Shown here one piece after another: positions 51,701-61,450 of a stretch of DNA of 64,000 bases. Below the pieces are notes generated by a model. It worked only from the letters and a program-made list of their open reading frames with translations. It was not told the origin of the DNA and ran no database searches. Both the position numbers and the translations under genes were made by a program. Within the stretch, counting starts at the first letter, position 1; every line of letters begins with the position of its first letter. The stretch is from contig JBLDXI010000026.1 of assembly GCA_047495785.1 (NCBI GenBank), positions 1,302,001 to 1,366,000 of the forward strand, given 5' to 3'. The DNA is from Lepidodermella squamata. Its lineage: Eukaryota; Animalia; Gastrotricha.

Positions 51701-51866
51701 TTATCGAATTGTCTGGTTTCGAGTTGCCCCATACGGTTGAATCTGGATACGCAGTGGGGACGACCTTTTCCTTGCCACAAAAGAAATAGGAAGCCACGCC
51801 GACCAAAACGGCGACTAATAAAAATGTCTTCATGTAAGAACGAGATTCAGATTTTTCCGGTGACAT
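45762..51866 (-). CDS. Epoxide hydrolase EH8 (3 exons; last intron ~4.7 kb containing TE debris)
   Basis: Exons 1-2 at 51866-50693 have no nearby exon 3; an orphan exon 3 at ~46012-45762 (CYPHD, GGHFPAIEEP) has a phase-compatible acceptor. Confidence 0.8.
46599..47652 (+). pseudogene. Fragmented ORFs ending in a GIY-YIG-like nuclease motif
   Basis: SGLYGF...AYLGESSDLNKRFNAH fits the GIY/YIG/R/H pattern; reading frame is broken. Confidence 0.45.
48400..48950 (+). mobile_element. Degenerate MULE (Mutator-like) transposase remnant
   Basis: WYEGA...TNNGVEAKNNAMK followed by SWIM-like CKHAIG; stops and frameshifts. Confidence 0.65.
49320..49520 (+). mobile_element. LINE reverse transcriptase fragment
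   Basis: Manual translation AKCYARILERKLRARAKKILEDNQRGF resembles the start of a non-LTR RT domain. Confidence 0.5.
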
Positions 51867-52052
51867 GCCCTAAAAATTGCAAATATTTCCAAGTTTCATC
51901 TTTGATGTTTAATCACAGCTCAAATATCGAGTCATATAATTGAACAATGACATGAATAAATAGGATTGCAAAATAGAAGCTTGATCCACCTAAATCTAGA
52001 GTTCTCTTCCACTTCATTTTGCAGGCACAACAACTTATTGATGGGTGAATGT

Positions 52053-53668
52053 TTAATTGCTTTTCTTCTTCTCATCCTCAGCACGCGCAGCTAAGATGGC
52101 AGTAACACCTTTGCGGAAATCAGCAGCGAAAATCTCGGGAACTTCCATCGCAGCGAAATGGCCGCCATGGGCGATGTCTTCGTAATGAACGAGGCGACGA
52201 ATCGAGTTCTTGGCAAGGGCCTTCGGGGCGCAGTTGATGTCGTTCGGGTAGCAACCGAGAGCTGTTGGGACGGTGATTGGCTTTTTCGCCCAACCATTGA
52301 ATTCATTGTGAAGCTGAACATGCTCTCTGGAAAATTAAAAAAAATTTAAATTTAAAAAATTAAAAATTTAAAAATTATAATTAATTAATTTATTATAATT
52401 TAATAAAAAATCAAGTATGTATTTAAAAATTGCCACTTAATTTTTAAAGCTCAATTCCTTTCAAGTTTGTTTCTTCAAATTTGATTACTCAGCTTGAAAC
52501 ATAAATTTGCAAAAAAGTAAGAACTCACTTGTAAAATCGGCCAGCAGAGGTGATGCGGTTCTTCAACCAGTACACCATGACGTTGGTAAGGAGGTCATCA
52601 TTGGAAATGCCGCCTTTATCTCCCTTGAATTCAGCTTGCTCCGTTGCGAGTTCAAACTTTTCGGCAACCCAAGCAAGAAAACCAACCGGGCTGTCAGAAA
52701 GCCCGACGCCTAGCGTATCAGGCTTGGTAGCTTGAATGTGGAAATAGCCGGATTCTTCGAGTAGCATTTCCTTGAATTTGATATTTCCAAGCCTGGCAGC
52801 GTCTTCGGCGTCCAGAACAAGGGACGGGGCAATTAAAGCAGCGGCTAGGTGAAGCTTTTCGCAGGTTGTCGCAATGCTAACCGGGAACATATTGAGATGA
52901 ATGCCAATAACGCTATCAGGGTCGATTCTAGCAACCATATTGCCAATGGCCGAACCCCAATCTCCGCCTTGATAGATGAATTTTTCATAGCCGAGACGTT
53001 TCATCAAAATGTGGTACATCTGAGCAGCGGCGATTGGGCTGAAACCGGGTTTGACTGGAGCCTCGGAAAATGCAAAACCAGGAATTGAAGGGGCAACAAT
53101 ATCAAACGCAACTCCATCAGGTCCAGGCTTCGTCAGAAGAGGAATAATGCGGTAGAATTCGACCACTGAACCCGGCCATCCGTGGCTAATTAGAAGCGGG
53201 ATCCTTTGAACAAAGTAAAAATAGCAATTTTTAACAAAATTTCATCATATCTCACTTCTTGGTTGCCTTTGGATCAGCTTTCACGTGAATAAAGTGAAGT
53301 CTGAGTCCTTGAATAACGGTGGTGAATTGCGGGAATTGGTTCACGCGAGACTCGAATTTCGCAAAATCGAATTTTTCACGCCAGTATTTGACCAAATTAT
53401 CAAGTCGCTCGCCGGCGAAACCGTAGAACCTACCGACGCCTTGCAGAGGTTCGTGACGGCGCCACGATGCCAGACGGCTTTTAAGGTCTTCAATATCTTT
53501 CGGGTCAACTTTAAACGTGAACGGCTTGATTATGACATCAGGCCCCTTTTGATTGCCCCAAATTACGTCATCGGGGTGTAAGAACGTTTTCCCGTCATCA
53601 TTGCAACACCGGGTATAGAAGTAGGCTCCAGCCGCTACCAAAGTTCCCAAAATTATTAAACCCTTCAT
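52053..53668 (-). CDS. Epoxide hydrolase EH9 (3 exons)
   Basis: GGDWG, EESGYFHIQ, RFYK, CYPND, GGHF; ends KKKSN. Confidence 0.93.
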
Positions 53669-53799
53669 TTCTAGAAAAAAAATTAATAAATAAAAATCCA
53701 AAGTATTCTTTGATTGACGCAGATCAACAAGAACGTCAAAAAATCTTCGAAAAATAAATAGTTAAATGAACACCAGGATATTGCCGAAAATAACAGAAT

Positions 53800-55269
53800 T
53801 CATAATTCTGATTTTTTCACTTCTTCGGCTCGAGCTGAAAGAATTGAAGAGACAGCTTTGCGAAAATCTGCGGCAAAAATTTCAGGGACCTCCAAAGCAG
53901 CAAAATGGCCGCCGTGCGCGATGTCTTCGTAGTGAACCAGTCGGGGCATTGAGTTTTTAAGAAGACCCTTCGGGGCGCACCTAATTTCTTTCGGGTAGCA
54001 GGCAACAGCAGTTGGTATGGTGATCGGTTTCTTTGACCAAATATTATATTCATGACTCAGCTGTATACTTTCCCTGATTTTAAAAAATTACTAATAATTG
54101 ATCATCTCAAAATAAAAAATCTAACTTGTAAAATCGCATCGAAGAGGTAACGTGGTTGTTCAGCCAATAAACCGTTAGTCCAGTAAGGAATGCATCGTTA
54201 GAGATACCACCCTTGTCTCCCTTTAACTCAGCTTGCTCGGCTAAAATTTCCACTTTATCGGCAACCCAAGCCAGAAATCCAACAGGGCTGTCGGTGAGGG
54301 CAACGCCTAAAGTATCTGGCTTTGTTCCTTGAACGTGGAAGTAGCCCGATTCGTCCAGCAACCACTGCTTGAATGGGAAAGCAGCCAGACGGGCAGCGTC
54401 CTCGGAGTCTAGGACTAATGACGGGGCGATTAGAGCGGCGGCTAATTTGAGTTTATCCCAGGTATTAGCCAGAGGGAATATAGCCATGTTAAGGTGGATG
54501 CCAATTAGATTTTCCGGGAAGATCCGAGCGAAAACGCTACCAATAGCCGCGCCCCAGTCGCCAGCTTGGAATATGTATTTTTCGTAGCCGAGCCGCTTCA
54601 TCAGGGTATGGTAGACCTGAGCAGCAGCGATGGCGTTGAAACCAGGCTTGGCAGGGGCCTCGGAAATTCCGAAACCAGGAATCGTTGGAGCGATGATATC
54701 GAAAGCAACGCCGTCAGGCCCAGGTTTTGTGAGTAGGGGAATAATACGGTAGAATTCCAAAGAAGAACTAGGCCAACCATGGCTGATAATAAGAGGGATC
54801 CTTCGAATAATATTTAAATAAGCTGGGTAATTAGCTGGGTAATGAAAGGAAAAACTGACTTTTTAGTAGCTTTAGGATCAGCTTTCACGTGGACGAAATG
54901 AAGACGAAGGCCTTGAATGACGGTGGTGAATTGAGGAAACTGGTTGACATGCGACTCCAATTTCGTGAAGTCATACTTCTCACGCCAATATTTGACCGCA
55001 TTTTCGAGCCGCTCGCCGGTAAAACCATAGGAACTCCCAACGCCACTCATCGGCTCATGGCGCCGCCAAGAATTCAATCGTCGCTTCAGATCATCAATGT
55101 CCTTGGGGTCAGCTTTGAAAGTGAATGGTTTGATTGAAGCGTCTTCTTTTGAGTTGCCCCAGAAAGTGTCTTCAGGGTATAAAAACAATTTCTCGTCTTT
55201 ATGGCAGCATCGAGTGGCTAAATAGACACCAATTGCCGCCAATAAGCCGAGAATAATAAGTCCTTTCAT
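53800..55269 (-). CDS. Epoxide hydrolase EH10 (3 exons)
   Basis: HGWPSS, AGDWG, ESGYFHVQ, CYPKE, GGHF; ends KKSEL. Confidence 0.92.
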
Positions 55270-55485
55270 CTTAAAAATCTGAATAATCGAGAAAAGATGG
55301 ATATAGTTTAGTAATGAAATTAAAATAATGTTTTGTAATGAAAGAGAGAGTCACTTTACTCGGTCAGAATCACAGATCACAATAACGAGACACTACAACC
55401 GATGAGAATATAAATTGGCTAAACTTTCCATTTCAGCTTGTCTATTCCGGAATATATGATTTATGATTTCACATCAGTGATTCGG

Positions 55486-56220
55486 TTATTGTTTAGCTTT
55501 CTTTTCTTCTTCGGCGCGAGCTGCAAGGATGGAGTTAACAGCTTTGCGGAAATCTTTGGCGAACAAGTCAGGGACCTCCATTGCAGCAAAATGGCCACCG
55601 TGGGGCAGATCTTCGTAATGAACCAAATTTGGCATTGCAATTTTCACCAAAGCCTTTGGAGTGCAGGAGATCTCGTTCGGGTAGCATGAAACACCAGACG
55701 GCACAGTTATTTGCTTCTTGGCCCAAGCATCAAACTCATTGTGAAGTTGGACATGCTCCCTGAAAATCAAAATTAGTCAAAGAAAAGAGATAAACCAATC
55801 AAATTCAAACTTTTTAGTGGCTATTGGATCAGCTTTGGCATGGATGAAATGCACCTTCAGACCTTGAATAACCGTAGTAAACTGCGGAAACTGGTTAACG
55901 CGAGACTCGAAGTTCGCAAAATCAAACTTTTCCCGCCAATATTTGACAAAGTTGTCCAACCGCTCACCGGCAAATCCGTAAGATCGGCCAACACCTGGAA
56001 GCGGTTCGTGGCGGCGCCATGAATTCAATCGGCGTTTCAGATCTTCGATGTCCTTGGGGTCAGCTTTGAAAGTGAATGGTTTGATGGAAGCGTCCTCCTT
56101 AGAGCTGCCCCAAACTGTATCATCCGGGTACAAAAATAGTTTCTCTTCATCATGGCAGCACCGAGTAGCTAAATAAGCACCAAAGGCAACGAGAGCTCCG
56201 ATTATAACATAACCTTTCAT
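55486..56220 (-). CDS. EH11: epoxide hydrolase lacking the central catalytic exon (in-frame 227-aa product); mini-protein or pseudogene
   Basis: Exon 1 (56220-55811) joins exon 3 (55759-55486) across a 51-nt GT-AG intron, both phase 2; no HGWP or GDWG. Confidence 0.8.
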
Positions 56221-56426
56221 TGTAAGAAATCTATAACTTGAATAAAAAGATATAACAAATCAGGCCACCAAAAAAAACAGGGAATATTGTTCAAAAAGGA
56301 CGGATTGGCTTGATTTGAAAATAACTTTCGTTATGCGAACCAACCAGCAAATATAAAAAACTATTATGCTTAGTCCGAGAAAATAGGCAAGATGTCAGAA
56401 GTTAGCTGTTTCTCTTGTTAGTCTCA

Positions 56427-58197
56427 TCAATGCTTCTTTTCTTCTTCGGCGCGAGCAGCAAGGATAGAGTTAACAGCTTTGCGGAAGTCTTTGGCGAACA
56501 ATTCTGGCACCTCCATGGCAGCAAAATGGCCTCCGTGGGGCAGATCTTCGTAGTGAACCAATTTAGGAAGCGAAATTTGCACCAAAGCTTTCGGGGCGCA
56601 GGCGATCTCGTTCGGGTAGCATGATACACCGGAAGGAACAGTCACTTGCTTCTTGGCCCAAGCATCAAACTTGTCAGAGAGTTGTATATCCTCCCTAAAA
56701 ATTGATAGGATCAAGTAGAATCCAAGTTGAAGTATCATTTGAGCAAATTAATCAAACTAATAAACTCTGGCCATATTTCAGTGACGTATAACCTAATGTA
56801 GCTTTTCTAGCAGAGGGCCCCGGTTTTTTTCAATGCAGTAAATCGCAGAAATTGGGGTGGCATTATCAAATCCAATTAATAATCGGAGTTTCAGAATATT
56901 CTGGACTTTCGGTTCTGGAACTGTCTTATCGCATCGAAACGCTGTTTTTAACTTCTACGGTGGTGTGAATGTCGAGCAGACCTTATAGAGATGATGTCGA
57001 TATAATCAGAAAGCGTTCAGAAGATCATTCTAACATTTTCCCAAAACAAGGATTCTCTTACTTGTAAAATCGACCGGCCGATGTTATGTGATTCGTCAAC
57101 CAATAAAGCATGACATTCGTCAGGAGATCTTCATTCGGAACTCCACTTTTGTCGCCCATCAACTCAGCTTTCCCCGACCAAGTTTCAAATTTCTCCGTAA
57201 TCCATGATAGAAGACCGACCGGACTGTCCGTTAGGCCTACACCGAGCGTGTCTGGCTTAGTGGCTTGCAAATGAAAATAGCCGGATTCTTCAAGCATGAT
57301 TTCCGTGAATTTGAAATTTGTTAATTTGGGCGCATCCTTTGCGCCGAGGACCAAGGTGAGGCAATCAAGGCAGCGGCAAGATAAAGTTTCTCACGCGTGC
57401 TAGCGACAGAGAACGGGAAAAAGTTGACGTGGAGTCCAATCAAACTTTCCGGGTACATTCTAGCAACCAAGTTTCCAATGATTGAGCCCCAATCACCGCC
57501 CTGATAAATGAACTTTTCGTAACCGAGACGCTTCATTAGAGCGTGAAACACTTGAGCGGTAGCGATTGGGCTGAAACCGGGTTTGACCGGAGCTTCGGAG
57601 AATGCAAAACCGGGAATAGAAGGGGCAACGATGTCAAACGCAACCCCATCAGATCCAGGTGTCGTGAGAAGTGGAATAAGGCGGTAAAATTCAACAACCG
57701 ACCCAGGCCACCCGTGGCTAATTAGAACAGGAATCCTACAAAAAATAAAAGGAATTCAAAGAAGGCAAGTAAAACCGCTGGGAAATCAACTTTTTAGTGG
57801 CTTTCGGGTCAGCTTTGGCGTGGATGAAGTGTAACTTCAGGCCTTGAATGACCGTTGTGAACTGCGGAAACTGGTTTACGCGAGACTCGAATTTTGCGAA
57901 ATCAAACTTTTCACGCCAATATTTGACCAAGTTGTCCAACCGCTCACCGGCAAATCCGTAAGATCGGCCAACACCTGGAAGTGGTTCATGGCGGCGCCAT
58001 GAGGCTAATCTGCGTTTCAGATCTTCAATGTCCTTAGGGTCAGCTTTGAAAGTGAATGGTTTGATTGAAGCGTCCTCCTTAGAATTGCCCCACACTGTAT
58101 CATCCGGGTACAAAAACAGCTTCTCCTCATGACAACACCTAGTGGCTAAATAGGCCCCAAGGGCTACCAGAATTCCAATAATTACGAGACCTTTCAT
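56427..58197 (-). pseudogene. Epoxide hydrolase EH12 with a 1-nt frameshift in exon 2 (pseudogene or assembly error)
   Basis: LAAALIA and LVLGAKDA lie in different frames at ~57355-57360, whereas EH9 reads LAAALIAPSLVLDAED. Confidence 0.75.
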
Positions 58198-59091
58198 TGT
58201 AAGAAATCTGTTTAAGAGAAATTAATTGAGTTATGAAATCAATTTGACGGTTAAAATTGCCAATGTATAAGTGGATATTTTTTGCCAGTTGTCATGGCCA
58301 AGGAACCAGAACGAATAGAGGAAATATTTTGTGAACTTTCTTGCTAATTTGATCGGCTTCCAGCTCTCTCATACCTTTGAAAATGAGAATTCGCATGAGA
58401 TGTTAGGAAACAGCAAATGGATTTATTAGATTAATCTTAAGGCGGCTTAATTCGCTGCTCGACCCTAAAATAGAATTTCCAGAATATGTCCACGTAAATG
58501 AGGGTTGGAATTCGTGGCTTGAAATAAAGACCCTGATAATTGACAAAAAATGAAAGCTGCGGTAGGACAAATATAGCACCGGCAAAAAATCGTGTATAGT
58601 ATTTCTGCAAGCATTCACTCTCACCTTTTTTCATATATTCCAGGTATATTATTGTATACACACTGCCTGAGGCTCTTTTATGAAGCAGGATAAAAAAATA
58701 CGGTTCTCTTTTTTACCTCAGCAAATAATTCCACTGTCCGGATAGATTTTGACCATCAGAGTTAAAAAAATGAAGATTAACTCTAGGACAGAAAACAAAG
58801 ATAAGATAAAAATCATTGGTCATTTTTATTGCTTGTTCCTTCTCTCGCTCTCATTTTGTCGCCAGTCAGACAAAAATTACACATTCATTTCATTCAAATC
58901 AAATCATAACAATAAATGGCCTAAGCATTATTATTATTATTAGCAGTTATATCAGATCACCGATTGCATAGAAGGTTCAGTACATGGACTAGAGAATTCA
59001 TTACATATATTATATTGATGGCACGGGGTTTTTCACACGTAGCACTTGAATGTTATGAGGCGCAATAATTGACTGATTACAGCTGCGAAAT

Positions 59092-61450
59092 TCAACGCTT
59101 GCCTGCTTCCTTCTTCTGCTCTTGCTTCGGAGCCTGAGTTGTCGTGCTAGGCTTCTGAGTCGTGGTAGTAGTGGTGGTGGTGGTTGGCTTCTGGGTAGTT
59201 GTGGTAGCCTTGGTAGTGGTGGTCGTGGGTTTCGGGGTGGTAGTTGTGGTTGGCTTGGGGGTAGTTGTAGTTGTAGTAGTCGGCTTCTGAGTAGTCGTAG
59301 TTGTCGGTTTTTGCGTGGTAGTGGTCGTCGGCTTTTGGGTCGTAGTTGTAGTCGTAGGTTTCTGAGTTGTGGTAGTCGTAGGCTTAGGGGTGGTGGTAGT
59401 TGGTTTAGCAGTCGTGGTAGTAGTCGTAGTAGGCTTAGCAGTGGTTGTGGCTGTGGTCGGTTTCGCCGTAGTAGTGGTAGTTGGCTTCTGGGTAGTCGTG
59501 GTCGTAGTAGTCGTAGTTGGTTTCTGGGTGGTGGTTGTTGTGGTAGTTGTTGGTTTCTGAGTAGTAGTTGTAGTGGTCTGTTTCGCAGTGCTAGTCGTCG
59601 CAGTTTTCACCGGTTCCTCAGCCACCTTCTTGCCCTTAGCAGTCACTTCCTTCTCCCGAGCCTCGACAAAAGCCGCAACAGCATTTCGAACATCCTGCGC
59701 GAAGAAAGCCGGCTCTTCAAACGCAGCGAAATGGCCACCGTGTGGGCTGTCAACGTAGTGGACCAGTTTAGGCATTTGGAATTTCAGCAACGCTTTCGGG
59801 GTGCAGAGAAGTTCGAATGGGTAGCAGGTGTAACCAGCCGGGATTTTGATCGGATGAGCCATCCACGCTTCAAAATCAGCCCTGGTCTGAGTGTTCTCCC
59901 TGAAAATTAATCAATCAATTGAAAAACTTGAAAAATCCTCCTTAATTAATGAAAAATTTCAGAAATGACAAAACTATACACCGCAGCGAGGGGTTTTGCT
60001 TAAATGATTCAGGGAAACAAAGGTTGGCAGGATGATTCCATATTTTCCTGCAAATTTTGAAAATTTTCTATTTTTTCATCATTCTTGCAGTCTAGCGGCT
60101 ATTCGCAGTTGACAGGTCACCGTTTTTCAAGCTAATAAGCACATAATCCTCCAGAAGTACGGACGGGCGGAAGGACGGAACACGCCCACAACAGGGTGGA
60201 TTCCCCGCCATCCAGGAGGTTGCGATTAATTATAAAATTCCGCGAGTAAGGTTCAGCATGAATTTTGAAGATGAGTAAACAAACCCTGGAGATATAATCA
60301 AACTTACTTATAAAATCTAGCCGCTGATGTAGCACTGCTAGTGACCCAGTAAAGCATGACGTTGGTCAGGATATCATCGTTGGACAGTCCCTTGCCAGCA
60401 GGGCTGCCTTTGAACTCGGCATTCTCCGAAGCCTTGATGAAAAGCTCAAGAAGCCAAGAAGCCAAACCAACCGGGCTATCAGTGAGCGCGACGCCAATCG
60501 TATCAGGCTTAGTCGCCTGGACGTGGTAGAAGCCCAAATCCTCTAGAATTTCGAAAATCGACAACTTTGAAACTTTAGCAGCATCCTGAGGCCCGACGAT
60601 AATTTTCGGCGCGACTAAAGCAGCGGCTAGTTGCAGCTTATCAGCGATAGTGCCCATCGGAATAATCTCAAAATTAAGGTGGACGCCGATAACACTTTCA
60701 GGGAAAAGACGTGCCGCCATATGGCCAATCATAGAGCCCCAATCGCCGCCTTGATACACGAATTTTTCATACCCGAGGCGTTTCATTAGCGTATGGAAGA
60801 CTTGAGCGGCGGCGATTGTGTTGAAGCCAGGCTTGGAAGGAGCCTCAGAAAATGCAAAGCCAGGAATAGACGGCGCAACAACGTCGAACGCAACTCCGTT
60901 TTTATCAGCAGTTGTCAACAATGGAATGACTCGGAGAAATTCAGCAATTGACCCAGGCCAGCCGTGAACCATCAACAGCGGGATTCTAAATTTTCGAGAA
61001 ATTTCAAATATTCCAAATATTCAAATATTTCCCTGATTTTCCTTACTTTTTAGTAGCTTTCGGGTCAGCTTTTGCATGAATAAAGTGAACTTTGAGGCCT
61101 TGAATGACTGTCGTGAAATGAGAAAAGGAGTTGAGGCGAGCTTCCTGCTTGGCCCAATCGTACTTCTCCCGCCAATATTTCACTAGATTATCAAGCTTCT
61201 CGCCGGCGAATCCATACGAATCACCGACATTTTTCAGCGTCTCGTGACGCCGCCAGTGGGCTAGTCTATCTTTCAAATCAATCAGCACTTTTTGATCCAC
61301 CTTAACAGTAAACGGCTTTATCGAGGCATCTTCCTTCGAGTTGCCCCAAATCGTGGTTTCGGGATAGGCGGTTGGATGAGATTTGTTCTTATTGGCAATA
61401 TAAAACGCCAATCCGGCGACCAAAACCGCGAAAATTATAAATTTCTTCAT
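59092..61450 (-). CDS. Epoxide hydrolase EH13 with a C-terminal Thr-rich mucin-like tail (3 exons)
   Basis: HGWPGS, GGDWG, RFYK, CYPFE, GGHF, then ~160 aa of (Q/A/P)KPT(n) repeats in the same ORF. Confidence 0.92.
59130..59600 (-). repeat. Coding Thr-rich degenerate repeat, KPT(4-9) units
   Basis: Runs of ACN codons with varied third positions. Confidence 0.9.

Noticed and set aside
59122-59910. 262-aa Gly/Ser/Arg-rich plus-strand ORF
   Set aside because: Antisense of the Thr-repeat exon
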